Shown: positions 40,691 to 54,134 of the stretch, piece after piece
Numbering within the stretch: the stretch's first letter is position 1
Layout of the letters: every line of letters begins with the position of its first letter
DNA from: Eledone cirrhosa
Taxonomy: Eukaryota
NCBI GenBank assembly: GCA_964016885.1
Contig: OZ024742.1
Location: 66,154,001-66,218,000 of the forward strand
Length of the DNA: 64,000 nt
Direction: 5' to 3'
Notes under the pieces: model-generated
What the model was told of the DNA's origin: nothing
The model's input: the letters and a program-made list of their open reading frames with translations, nothing else
The model's database searches: none
Position numbers and translations under genes: made by a program

Positions 40691-41887
40691 GTTCCTTTTG
40701 TCTTTCTTTTTCTTTTTTTTTTTAAATATATTCCTATTCTTTTTTTTCTTTTGTTTCCTTTTCTTTTTTATTATTGTTGTCATTATTATTGTTGTTATGA
40801 TTATTGTTGTTATTATTACTGTGACTAGAAACCCACATACATTAACGGTATATATTTTGATTTCAAAGTGAGTACAGATTATTTGTAGTAGATTTCACGT
40901 ATTTGTAAACAGTTGTTGTCTCACATCGCTATCCAGTTTTCAGTGACATGTAGTCGTTCAGACGTCGTCAAATTACACACAGACACAGACACAGACACAT
41001 ACCACACACATACACAAACAAACATACACACATATAAGAAAAGGCTGGTTATGACGATGATGATTAATCGATTAAATGAACAATAATAGTGATAAGATTT
41101 CTGATGTAGCGACAGATTATCTATTGAAGCAAAATGGAGATATATCAAAAGACAAAATGTCTGACGTATGAATTAGAACGATGCAATTCCCTTCTCACTC
41201 ACATTCGTTTTCCTCCTCACACTCTTTATGCCGTTTTCTACCTTTTGTTATGCGCGTTTGTTTTCAGCTACACAATCTATTCACTTTCCATCTACAATCG
41301 CAAACAATCAAACACTTTTCAGGCAAATAAAACAACAAAACGCTTGCTGTTGCTTCGAATTAGTTATTTTTCAACTTTTATTTATTTTTCTATTTTTTAT
41401 CATTTATTTTCATGTTTTCTTGTACTTCCTTCACGTGATTCTTTATTTTTCTCTTCTTTTAACCCACCCAGCCCGGTATCACATTGATGGGTTCTTTGGT
41501 GATATTGTCGAATTCACGGGCACATTGTGTTTCATCAACATCATTATTATCAACAGCGGGAATCGTAGTAGTATAAGCAAAATACTTGACGTCACTACCA
41601 TCACAGAGACCATTACCAACATCTTCACTAACAGACACGCACACACACACATATATATATATGTGTGTGTATGTGCGCGCGCGCGCGCGCGTGTGTGTGT
41701 GTGTGTCCGAGATCAATTGAGGGTAACCACGTTTAGTAAGGTAATCAATATATTAGTAGAATATAAACATCATGTTTAATATAGAAATGACTTCTACAGG
41801 ATCAGAACTGTTTCATTCAAAAGGAAGTAGTAGGGATTCACATATTATTTAGCACCTAACCAAGTCCCTTATAACTATGTATATATA

Positions 41888-41924
<37 letters not shown>

Positions 41925-41928
<4 letters not shown>

Positions 41929-42237
41929 GTTTCTACTGTTGGCACAAGGCCAGCAATTACCCAGTACATTACTGGTACTTTATTTTATCGACCCCGTAAG
42001 TATGAAAGGCAAAGTTAACCTGGGCGAGATTTGAACTCAGAATTTATAATTGTTTCTACTTTAGGCACAAGGCCAGCAATTACCCAGTGCATTACTGGTA
42101 CTTTATTTTATCGACCCCGTAAGGATGAAAGGCAAAGTCAACCTCGGCGGGATTTGAACTCAGATCGTAAAGGGACGTAACTATGCTGGAAAGCATGGCG
42201 CCCGACCCTCTACCGATACTGCCAATCCACCGCCCTC
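41925..42237 (-). mobile_element. Two tandem Meta-type SINEs (second is full length)
   Basis: Family head, core and tail. Confidence 0.9.
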
Positions 42238-42254
42238 AGAATATATAATAAACA

Positions 42255-42508
42255 AAAGACAGTTACTTTAGTCCATCCCTATTTATTTTATTATACGTAT
42301 TTCGAAGATGTACGGCTTATGTATAACTTAAGTCAAAACATGTTCTCTTCAGTTAAAACCACATATATAGATATCATTTGATATGCAGGCGGTCAGACGA
42401 GCTAATTAACTCGGAAGAGAACATGTTTTGACTTATGTTATACATAAGCCATACATGTTCGAAATACGTATAACATAAATATGGATGGACTAAAGTAACT
42501 GTCTTTTA
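42255..42508. mobile_element. Fold-back pLTR-type unit, family C
   Basis: Arms ~42255-42350 and ~42414-42508, each with GAAA tacgta TA. Confidence 0.8.
42286..42358 (-). ncRNA. Type I hammerhead with long stem II
   Basis: RC: tttta a CTGAAGA gaacatgt..acatcttc GAAA tacgta TA a taaaa. Confidence 0.75.
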
Positions 42509-42709
42509 TCAATAATTATTATAACAAAACTGTGGATAAACATATACTGTTGAGTACTTGGCATCTGTTATATAAAAGTCGGCTGATTCAAAATCAACTA
42601 ACTCTCTTTAATTGAACAAAAAAAGAAAGAAAATATAAATATTACCCTACGTATCGAGTACTCTGGTGCGTTATAGTCCACCTGGTATCTTATCCCACAC
42701 CTTCTGTAT

Positions 42710-42740
<31 letters not shown>

Positions 42741-42849
42741 ATAGCAGGAAAATGCTTATTGTGATCCAGTTCGTGGTTAAGAAAGCCAGTTTCGTGGACG
42801 GTTTCAACGTACGGTTAGGGGTAACTCCACAAGTTTGTAAGAATATATT

Positions 42850-42905
<56 letters not shown>

Positions 42906-42918
42906 TAGATATATATAT

Positions 42919-43146
42919 ATTCTGTTACACGCAGGTTTAATTTAAATAGTGTGTATTTAATTTAGAGAACAACTAGAATAATAATCAACATAAGAAGCGT
43001 AAGATACATTTATTTTGTATCTGTATTAGTATGTGTGTATATAGTTACGTTTAATGGTGTTGTTTTCTGCACTTATTACCAAGCTATGCGTGTTTGTGTC
43101 TATGTCAGTATATATATATATATACATAGTATTTATATATGTATAT

Positions 43147-43178
<32 letters not shown>

Positions 43179-43212
43179 TTATATACATATATATATAAAT
43201 ATAAATACGTAT

Positions 43213-43273
<61 letters not shown>

Positions 43274-43468
43274 CGTATATATATATATATACTGACATAG
43301 ACACAAACACGCATAGGTTGGTAATAAGTGCAGAAAACAACACAATTAAACGAAACTATATACACACATACTAATACAGATACAAAATAAATGTATCTTA
43401 CGCCTCTTAGTTGTTCTCTAAATTAAATACACACTATTTAAATTAAACCTGCGTGTGACAGAATATTC
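42919..43468. repeat. ~190-bp inverted repeat enclosing a (TA)n tract
   Basis: 42919-43110 versus 43289-43468; symmetry extends into the microsatellite. Confidence 0.92.
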
Positions 43469-43840
43469 TACACACGTGTACGTACGACTTAAGCCTTAGG
43501 AAAAAATAGAATAACATGATAGGTTACAAAACTGTTCGTTAGAATGATAGATAATATCCGTTCGACGGACTAATCTAGCTAGTTTTACTCAATGTTTGCA
43601 CGCATAATATGTTATGGTAAACAAATATAAAACCGATGTCGAATCAAACATGGGTTACAATTAACTACTCGACAACGTTCCCACCACAAAGAAACACACA
43701 CACACACATACACACACACACACACACGCATATATATATATGGACCATAGTGCACCAGAGTACTCGATACTTAGGGTAATAGAGTTCGGACCTAGCTGTC
43801 TAAACGACCGGAGCTCACCCGTCGGAGTCCTGACTCTTTT

Positions 43841-43922
<82 letters not shown>

Positions 43923-44015
43923 TAGAACACTGGAAGGTAATATCCGTAGTGGTAGAGCAGTCAGTCCACGGGACGAGTTTGGTAGAAGTAGTAACACAAC
44001 AGTTAGTTCACCATA

Positions 44016-44056
44016 CCGTGAACAATTGTTTCACTTTATGCGGATCTTCAGCTCGG
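44016..44056 (-). ncRNA. Degenerate minimal hammerhead in a ~240-bp insert between (TA)n tracts
   Basis: RC: ccgag CTGAAGA tccgcataaagt GAAA caattg TT cacgg; stem II is poor. Confidence 0.55.
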
Positions 44057-44154
44057 ACTATATATAACATAGCCTTTTCTATATTAAATATTTATACTCT
44101 CCTTTGTATTGAGTACCTTACTTACTGTGGTTTCCCCCGATTGAACCCGGGATA

Positions 44155-44208
<54 letters not shown>

Positions 44209-44213
<5 letters not shown>

Positions 44214-44892
44214 GAAAATATAGAAATTATTGTGACCAAGAAGCCAACTGTATTTCATAATATATAAGTCACTATAACGTCAAAATGGAAAATAATTAAC
44301 GTAAGATATGGGAAAATAATTCAAACTCAATTAAAAAAAAAAAATCAAGACCGAGATTTTATCAACAGATTTTGTGAAATCCAGGGAAAAACCAATAGAG
44401 TCTTAACTCAGAATCAAATAAAGCTTAAATACTCATCCTTCAATTTGGAAAAACTACGAATGTTCTATATAGTCTTAAAAAGACTATTTCACGAAACTTT
44501 TCAGTGTGGATGGTCACGGTTGGAGTCGTTCATCAGTAGATCTCAAACACGATAACCCTATGGCACTGCCAGAATATGCCAAAAAGTGAATTTAAAAGCA
44601 GGCTAGTTCACCTCGTGCAGAATTATAAAAATAAACACACATGGGGAGACACGGCTGGTGACGCCAAAATGAGACGAATGTCTATTTACAAGAATCAGCA
44701 GTCAAAAACAATCCGAAAAAACTCTACAAAATGTAAGGAGTTCAGCAAAATAGCAATATTATCACGGTGTTTTTTTATGAAAAGACCGGGATTAGTCACA
44801 AATAATTTTAAGCACTCCAGGAAAAATTCCGAGAATAAATATAAATGAAAATATAGAAATTATTGTGAGCAAGAAGCCAACAGTATTTCATA
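44209..44892 (-). mobile_element. Non-coding HHR-bearing unit with ~50-bp direct terminal repeats (period 633); retrozyme or PLE derivative
   Basis: aatgaaaatatagaaattattgtga.caagaagccaac.gtatttcata at both ends; (TA)n flanks. Confidence 0.7.
44462..44542 (-). ncRNA. Type I hammerhead with fully paired stem III
   Basis: RC: gatcta CTGATGA acga..tcgt GAAA tagtctt-ttt-aagacta TA tagaac. Confidence 0.85.
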
Positions 44893-44899
44893 TATATAT

Positions 44900-46017
44900 A
44901 TGACATATTAACAGCTATACAATCCTTCATAACTTATACCTTGTCCAGTAATGAATAGATAACACTCTATAGAGACATTTAATGTATGATAGTAAATTAC
45001 ACTGTATTTAAAATCAGGTATAAATATGCAGCGTTATGTAACAGAGATCAAATGGTATCACATTATATTGTGTATTAGAACAAATAATTTTAATAACTGA
45101 ATTGAACTTAATTAGCTAGTTACCTTCCCTTACGCATTAGCTCCACTTATTCACTTCTGGAAATTAACGATTGAAAATGTAACGGTTGATCAAATATAGT
45201 TTATGAATATGAATTCATTAAGACTAATTTACAATCCATTGCTCTAACTAACTTAAAAGATTCAATATAAACATTAACTAAAATTTGATTCAACATATGT
45301 CATGGAAAAGTTTGCAAAAACTATGTTTCTCAACACACATTAATTCGAACACTATCAACATTCAATATCCACCATAGATTCTAATACATTAACATATTTG
45401 TTTAAAGTGCAGTATTTATTCATCTATATATGCATAATAGCCTTGCTTGTCTCCTTCTCATGTATATGACTTACTCAGTCACACTATCCACACGCCTGCA
45501 TATGAATTGTTAATGCACTCTTCCTTTCACAAAATACTTTCTCAATGCCTCTTTAATAATTGGACTATTCTCTTGTTTTATCTGTTGCATGTATTCCACT
45601 CCGTGCTTTTGATTTTAATTTAATTTGAATTTGAATTTGAATTTGAACTTGAATGTTTGTACAATTCTCGTAAAATATATCTCACATCCATTCCGCCCTG
45701 TAAATACGAAACTGTTGCTCACAAAATAAATTCATACGTATCTATATTATTGTTCAGTTGAATAGGAGGTTATTTATATGTGCAAACATTGATAATGCTC
45801 CGATGATACCAAACGAGAGTTTGGAAGAAACGATTGTCAGCTATTAAATGATTTGAACACAACTTTGATAATTGTATAATTTATTTATTTTCCCGCTCTG
45901 TAAAACAACTGATGTTCATACATTGAGCTATTTCTTTTACTGGTGATAAGGTAATAAGAAATTACTGAGCTTCCTGTTTATAGTTGTTTATACCATATAC
46001 ATAACTATAAATAGTAT

Positions 46018-46020
<3 letters not shown>
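44900..46020 (+). mobile_element. Highly decayed PLE 3' region
   Basis: NIVYEY (GIY-like) remnant, HHR-containing pLTR homologous to 3718-3835, ends at (TA)n. Confidence 0.45.
45797..45841 (+). ncRNA. Type I hammerhead with U4C core
   Basis: gct CCGATGA ta ccaaac-gaga-gtttgg aa GAAA cgattg TC agc. Confidence 0.65.
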
Positions 46021-46083
<63 letters not shown>

Positions 46084-46184
46084 ATAATAATAAATTTGAA
46101 GACTAAAATCCAAAGTTTCAGAAGATCCAGTTAAGGGTGAAAGCACCGATTCTCTGCTTAAACTTTAATCTGTTATTTTAATAA

Positions 46185-46384
<200 letters not shown>

Positions 46385-46473
46385 GGAAAAATTTGAACAG
46401 GGACAAAACAGAGAGGCAGTACAATGAATGCTTATTAATTTCACGCTCTGGAGAGTGGGGTGTTGGTGGGGGA

Positions 46474-46505
46474 CGACGTTTCGGGCATAAGCCCTTCCTC
46501 AGGCG
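46474..46505 (-). ncRNA. Minimal Penelope-type hammerhead in a short pLTR remnant (46383-46645)
   Basis: RC: CTGAGGA a gggc-ttat-gccc GAAA cg TC; stem I mostly lost. Confidence 0.7.
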
Positions 46506-46668
46506 AGAAGTGTGTGGGAACAGAGTTCAAAGGGTGTGTAGGGGAGTGGTGGAGAGACATATAGCGAAACGAAACGGTGCGATTGAAAAAAATAAAAATA
46601 AAAATAAAAATAAAGCATGATCAAAATACAAGGAATGAAATAAATTTAAATATATATATATATATATA

Positions 46669-49600
46669 TCTTAGTCTTAGTCTTAGCTCCTCTAGTTCCT
46701 TGTGGAACATTGGGCGACGAGCTTCCTCCACTCGATCCTGTCACTGGTGGCCCTTCTAGCACCTCTCCAGGTAATTCCCATCTCATCTCCCGCAGGTCCT
46801 CCCTGAATGTGCTCCGCCATGTTTTTCGTGGTCTTCCCCGTTCTCTCTTGCCACCTTCTGGTACCCAATCCATGGCAATATGTGCAGTTCGATCTGCCGG
46901 CAAACGAAGGATGTGGCCCGCAAACCGCCGTCTCCTTTTCCGGACAATGTCCCTTAATCACTCCAATCCTCACCTCCTCATCACTTGCTCGTTGCTAACT
47001 TGGTCTCTCCATGAAATTCTTAATATGGTCCGAATGCAACGACGGTGGAATACATCAAGCTTATTAGATACACTTTCCGTACTCTTCCATGTCTCACGGG
47101 CATATATCGCTGTAGGTACTACAATGGACATTTAAACACGGGATTTGACGGCGTTGCCGATGGAACACCTGGACCATACCGGACGGAGTCGCTGGAAGAC
47201 CGCCGCTGCTTTTCCCAGCCTTGTGCGCACATTCACCTCAGTATCGCCATCGTCAGAGATGTTGCTGCCAAGGTATTGGAAGTGGTTTACAGATTCAATA
47301 TTACGCTGACCAACCATGATGGGAGGATTTGGAGGGTCACCTGTCGACATGGTCTTGTTTTTTTCACAACTGATGCGCAGGCCAACTTTCTCTGCATTGT
47401 CATTTAGAACGTTTGTCATCTCGTGCAGGTCTTCTCGAGAATGGCCTATCACTGCGATGTCATCGGCAAAGTCCAGGTCGCTTAATATCCATCCATCCCA
47501 ACTGATAGCAAAACGAGGGTCACTCATTGTCTTCTTCATGATGAAATCGATGACAATGAGGAAAAGAAAAGGCGAAAGGATGCAGCCTTGTTGAACACCC
47601 GTCAAGATGTCAAACATTTCCGTGTTTCCGTCCTTTGTCCTAACGCAGCACCTAGAATGTCGGTACAGCGACATGAAGATGTTAATATATTTCTCTAGGA
47701 CACCGTAGAGTCTTATAATCTTCCACAATGACTCCCGATGAACACTGTCGAAAGCTTTCCTGAAGTCAATGTAGTTGACAACAAGGGACTTGTGGAACTC
47801 CCGACATTGTTCAATGATATTCCGGAGAGTGAAGATCTGCTCTGAACAAGACCTTCCACTGCGGAAGCCAGCCTTTTCGTCTCGAAGATGACGATCTACT
47901 TCTGCTCTCAGCCGGTTCAGGATGACATGTGCAGAATATCTTCCCTGGCACTGATAGCAACGTGATCCTTCTCCAATTGTTGCAGTCGCTGAGACAGCCC
48001 TTCTTCGGTAGTGGTACAATTACTCTATTTCCCCAGTCCTCCAGCACCTCCTCTTCTTGCCAAATCACATTGCATATATGGGTGAGCTGCTCCTCTATTA
48101 CATCCTTGCCGTGCTTCAGAAGCTCTGCAGGAATCTCATCCAGCCCTGCCGCTTTGTTATTCTTTTGGCAGCGGGTGGCCTTGGCCACCTCAGCTCTTGT
48201 GATGTCGTCTAGTTGTACATCCAGCCGGTAGCTCGCTTCCTCCCAGTCAAGCTCGAAGACTGTGTTGGGGGATGGCTGATTGAGGACCTCACGAAAGTGT
48301 TCGTTCCACCTCTGGGCCTGCTCTTCACTGGTTGTAAGCATCCGACCTTCTTTGCTCTTGATTGGCAAATTGCTTCCACTTCGTCCTCCAGTTAGCTCTC
48401 TGACGACACAGTACAGAGTCTTAGAATCATTTCGATCTGCTGCCACCTGTGCCTCTGCAGCCTGATCTTCTAACCACCGACGCTTGTCTTTTCTACAGCT
48501 CTTCTTTACTTCCTTGTCAAGACGTTTGTACTCTTGTCCACTTCCTTCCATTGCTGTCGAGTTTTGGTTTGATCTCTTTTGTCCTTAACACCCTTCCTCT
48601 CGTCAATGAGATTCCATGAAGTACTGCTGATCCACTGTTCCCGGTTGGTCCCCCTTCTTCTACCAATAACTACATCAGCACTCGCCCTGACCGCCTGAGC
48701 AAACATCTGCCACTGGTCCTCACGGTTCTGTGCGTGCTGTAGTTCTTGAAACTTATTCCTGACTCCGGGTAGACTCCCTCTGACGTGCTTTCGTCGTCCA
48801 GGCTTGCGACAGCATATGGCTTCACGGTCTTATTTGCTTTGTTCTTCTTCAACCGCCTATGGGTGAAGAATGTATTCCCGATGGAGAGGTTTCTGATACT
48901 GCTCAGGGACAACAACCGTTCTCCGTTGTTATTGGTGGAATCAGCTGAACCGTTGGGGCCAATGGCTGAATGCATTTCTCTCCTGTCTCCATCTAGCTTG
49001 ACATTGAAGTCACCCAATCACCAGCCTAATGTCTGACCTGGGTGTTTCCTCTAGGACATCCTGTAGTTGGATAAAGAAGGTATTCTTATCTTCATCTGAG
49101 CCAGCTTCAGTCGGGGTGTAGACTTGCACTACGGTCACCTTGGCTAAACTTGTGCTCAATCTGGCAGTAATAATTCGTTCACTCACTGGCCTCCATCCCA
49201 CAAGAGCCCATGATACATCTCCGGTGAGGATGATACCAACTCCGTGGACATGGTGGTCATCATCACCGGAGTAGAGAATAGTCATGTCTCCGCTGTCGAG
49301 TCCTACCCGTCTTGTCCACCTCGTCTCGTCTCGCTGATGCCCATGATGTCAAGGCGATATTCTCTCATCTCTTTCAGCACCTGCTCCATCCGCCCGCCCC
49401 GAAAGAGCATGCGGACATTCCAGGTGCCTACTTTTGTGTTTGATTTGGCGTTGAAGATAGGACTTATCCGCAGTCGGGCCTCCTTTCGGCTTTGACCCGG
49501 CCCCATCATAGGTGCATCCAAGGATGATGTGTCTTCTCTTTTCCGCCGCTGGTTATCAAAATGGTTTTTTCTCGTCGTTTCTGGAGCGGTGAAAAGCTTT

Positions 49601-49678
49601 TACGGGGGTAGGGCTGCTAACCCCACGCCCCAACCTCCTCCCTTCTCAACCGGGCTTGGGACCGGCTAATGCGGGTTA
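46669..49678 (-). mobile_element. Near full-length RTE-clade LINE (APE+RT), frameshifted with an internal deletion, inserted in (TA)n
   Basis: VGTWNVRML, GISE, GDFN, NTFF; NNWRRITLLSVPGK, GFRSGRSCSEQIFTLR, IDFRKAFDS, QQGCILSP, LDFADD, FQYLGS; GRPRKTW; (CTAAGA)n tail. Confidence 0.95.
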
Positions 49679-49759
49679 TATATATATATATATATGATAT
49701 ATATATATATATATATATGATATATATATATATATATATATGATATATATCATATATGT

Positions 49760-50800
49760 TTCACTATTTCATTTAATAGTATTCTTATGGATTAAAAAGC
49801 GAAATCAATGTGTGTTCCACCTTGTGCCTGCCTTTGAATTTAATCCCTATTTTTTTATTTTCTTTATTCTTTCCCCCCTTTCATTAATTCAATCATTCAT
49901 TTTCGTTTGATTCACAATATATATAGTTTCAAATATTTGCACTTATTCTTTTTAAAAGCATTAGGCAAGCAAAATACCCTATTTATCCAAACAAAAGACA
50001 ATTTATGCTACACTGCTGAGAATAATTCTCTCATGATACACTATAAATATTGATCCGTTTTTGTTGTTCTGGACACATCAATACTGGTCAATGTCAAAAT
50101 ATCAACGAATATGTTCTCCACTTGACCAGGCTCTCATTTATTAAAGTTTTCTAAAAGAAATTATTCAGCATCCGTGTCTAGGTATATTACTTGCGAGATA
50201 GGGTTTACAAAACAGTCTTTCATATTGTGTTTTTCCGTGCAATTCTTTCAATTTGTATTTTGATATTCATATCATATTCATTTTCTACTCTACCGACCTC
50301 TACCAGGGAATAACCTGCGCTTCTGTTTCAAATTCCTTTTTTGTTTCCAATTTACATCTTGTATAAGTATTACAACGATATTACTGAAACCTTGCCTTTT
50401 TGAATTCTGATTATGAATTGAGGTTTCATTTTCAGCGACAGCATAGAGGCCTATTCATAACCATAAGACGTACTATGCAACAACACCCGGCAAGTCATTC
50501 AAAACCTAGGAGGTTGTATGACAACAAGTTTCTAACACTAATATATTGTGTGAAGTTGATTGATAATTGCATAGTAGATGTGTGTATAAATCGGTAGCGT
50601 CAGCCAGTTTTGTAGTGGACCAGAATGAGTAGAAATGTTGTTTTTTTTATATCTATGCCTGAGGTGTGAGTGTTTTGGGATATACCATGGGAAAACAGCA
50701 ATTTTCTGAATGACGTTTAAGTAAATAGGTGTAGGATGTATTGCATTCAATATTTGTATGATAACAATTCTACAGTTAAAAATCTATATGTATTTCAGCT
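49760..50800 (-). mobile_element. Possible highly decayed PLE
   Basis: LNAIHPT resembles the PLE RT motif LNSIHPNIKFT; abuts (TA)n; otherwise unreadable. Confidence 0.3.
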
Positions 50801-53009
50801 GTTAGATAATTTGGTGGTGCCTATAATTTGGTGGTGCCTATCTATCTCTCCACGTATGGCTGGTTGCTCTTTGCGAGTCTCTTCTAACATGCTGCTCTAT
50901 ATCTAGTCCAGCTTTGGTGTCACACATCCTTTCTCCTCAGTTAAGTTGTTGCGATTGCTAAGGAAGTAACTACAAATCAACTGACTCTGGAACCTTATAA
51001 ATCTTTGAAAACTAGTGACCCCATCAAGAGAAAAATGTTATTGGAATTTGCATATCTCACGCGATTTAAATCCCTGAAGTGAGTAATACTACCACGAGTA
51101 TAATAACTGAAGCTTTGTTAATTTCATCGCTAGTTTTCTTGAATATGTTGCTGCATTTCAGACGGGAAGATACTCTGTAATGTTGCTGTTGCTTCAGGAA
51201 AACAAAATAGAATATGTTTTCTTGCGATCCCTTGAATCACAACATCTATTGCATTACAAATTTCGCAACAAACCATCGTGCGGTGCCACTGGCAATGACC
51301 CTGACGTAACCATGTATGTTACAGAATCATTCTGCGTACTATGAACCTAAGGACCGCCGTGTGGAGTTTTAATAGACTCATCCTCTTGTCTCATTCTCGG
51401 TATTGATGACCAGGAAGACACATCCATACAGCACCTTGCAATTTATGGAAATCATACCCTTCCAAGTATTAGACTATTCATTTAAGGCATGTGAAAACCT
51501 ACGATGTATAACAATTTAGATTCATTTTACCATACATTACATGCATTTTACCCGTATGTGTTCCTCGAGCAAAAATATACGTCTTTCATAAAACAGCTAT
51601 TACTTGAATCTATCCGTTTTCACACCGACTTATGTTCAGGCATTCTTTGTGGTTCACTACTCTAGTAAACAATTGATATTCCTTATTTCTCTCGCTTGTT
51701 GCATTTTTTAATGACGTTAGGTGTCTTTTATACTGCTTATCTTATAATATTTTAAAAAATCTTCTATACATTCTTGAATCTGAGGGGCGCTCTGTTTACA
51801 TTTTTATTATCACCACTGTTGCAACCACTTTAGAATTTTCCATACGACGCAGTTATCTTATATTTCTAGTAAATAATATTTTCTGATTATGAACACATAT
51901 AAATATTCAAAAACAAAATGTTATTGTTTTATCCAAGTTTACAAGTAGAGTTCGAAAATTTCCGGTGTTTTCTAGTATTCAAATTTATTTAAAGTTTCTT
52001 ACATATTGATGAAATCGAGGTTTGTTAAAATATGTCCGAAACAGAAATACGATAAGCATTTATGCATGGAATGGCATATTAAATTAGCTAGGACAAATGT
52101 AAAGTACGTATCAGCAGATTTCGGGAATAATCTTTGTGGTGAAAGAAATACACACAATAGTATTCTTTTAACTCACGCAGAATCATAACAAACAGAGCTT
52201 TAATGGTTCAAAGCTCGGTGGGTGATCATTCGAGAACTCTTAACTTTTAACCTTCGAAGGGAACATATGTATTGAAAGATATTACAACAGGTTAGATTCA
52301 GACATATGTAAGAGGGTGAGGTACTGGTTATTAAGCATTAGCAGAAAACTAAAATACAGCTAGTTAGTTGATTGTAAGTGACAAAGTGTCTTTTGGTAGA
52401 CTTATACAACAGCAAGTCATCTGTCAAGTGTATTGAGAAAGAGAGAGAAAGGAATACACAAAGAGAGGGATACTAACGTAGAACCATTAATAAATTGTCT
52501 ACAGAAGACTTGATTTAAGATCGAATGAATAGAAGTAAACATACACACACATGTACACCAAGTCGGAACACAAAGGAGCTGAACTACCACTGTAGTCGCT
52601 TCCGTCACCCTCCCCCTCCCCATCTCTCACTACTATGAGAAAATGGTGTTCCATGCGCTGGCCATGCCACGGCCCCGGCGGACAGAACTTACAGTAATAG
52701 CTATTTATATGACACACAAATCAAGTTCCACGGGTCATCCCAGTTAAATACTCATTCATATTTGGAATACTTGTAATGTAGGTGGTATCATAAGGGCAAT
52801 TGTCTTCTAATAAACATCCAGGCTCTGCAAAATATGAAGGTAATAATGTCCATGGTTTTCTCGTGTATGAAGAGTGTAACAAAGATTTATTGACACTTGT
52901 TTATTTCATAGTGATGGTGAAAACTGTAGATATAACAAGAAATATAAAAACGTTCAATAATGAAGAAGGGGATGATGATGATGACGATGGTGATAATAAT
53001 AATAATAAT

Positions 53010-53675
53010 TTGGCCAATATCTACACTGGGTAATATGTCTGAATTACAAAATCAAAGCTGAAGACAAGTGGTACAATCATCACCTTAAGACTGTAACTGA
53101 AGGAGAAAAAGTAACAATTCTTTGGGACTTTCCTGTTAATACAGACAGGACCATAAAAGCAAATAGACCTGACATCATTATAAAAGATCAACATAACAAG
53201 GTCTGTTTATTGATAGATATGAGCATCCCATGTGATCAAAATATCGCGTCAAAAGAATTTGACAACCTTCGAAAATATAAAGATCTGCTTATTTAAATTG
53301 ATAAAATGTGGCACCTCAAGGCCGTTACAATACCAGTGATTGTGGGAGGACTGGGAATGATCAAGAAACGGAACAGAACAATATTTGCGAATGATTCCTG
53401 GTTTACCCTCTCTGCATGAGGTGCAAAACATTGTTTTGACTGGTACTGCACACGTATTGAGAAGAGCACTATCTCTGTAAGATTGATATCCCTCCTTGTA
53501 TTTACATATGCATATGCACATGTGTATATATGTATACTGTGTTTTTTTGTTTTTGTTTAAATTATAATCAATGTGCTGTATTAACTGGCTTACCAATGCA
53601 CACTGTGAATTTATTTGCCCTAGGTATCAGGAGGACACTCGGTATATATCTCAGAAACAATAATGAAAGGAAGTA
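53010..53675 (+). mobile_element. 5'-truncated R4/Dong-like LINE (RLE domain and 3'UTR) in (TAA)n
   Basis: VTILWDFPVNTDRTIKANRPDIIIKD..CLLIDMSIP..KYKDL..IPVIVGGLGMI; TAA repeats on both sides. Confidence 0.9.
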
Positions 53676-53685
53676 ATAATAATAA

Positions 53686-53870
53686 TAATTGTTTCTACTT
53701 TTGGCACAAGGCCAGCAATTATCCCAGTGCATTACTGGTAGTTTATTTTATCGACCCAGTAAGGATGAAAGGCAAAGTTAACCTCCGCGGAATTTGAACT
53801 CAGAATGGCAAGGGCCGTAACTCTATGCGTTAAAACATAGCGTCCGACCCTCTACCGATTCTGCCAATCC
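53686..53870 (-). mobile_element. Meta-type SINE
   Basis: Family head, core and tail. Confidence 0.88.
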
Positions 53871-54101
53871 TAATAATAATAATAATAATAATGATTATTT
53901 TCTTGTATTTTTCAATCGCAAAAAGCGGATTTCCTAGCAAACTACAATATAGAATCTGATTTTGTGTTAAAAATGCAATTAGATAATGTAATAAAGAATA
54001 CACAATTTAACAGACACAAATACAAACATAATAAACTGAATCTTCTGTAGGTAGCCATGTAGAGAAGTAATATTTTCTTGCGCAGTTACAGAAAAACATA
54101 A

Positions 54102-54134
<33 letters not shown>

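Noticed and set aside
40320-40828. GC-rich ORFs as a host exon or CpG island
   Set aside because: Explained by the CRE retrotransposon fragment on the plus strand
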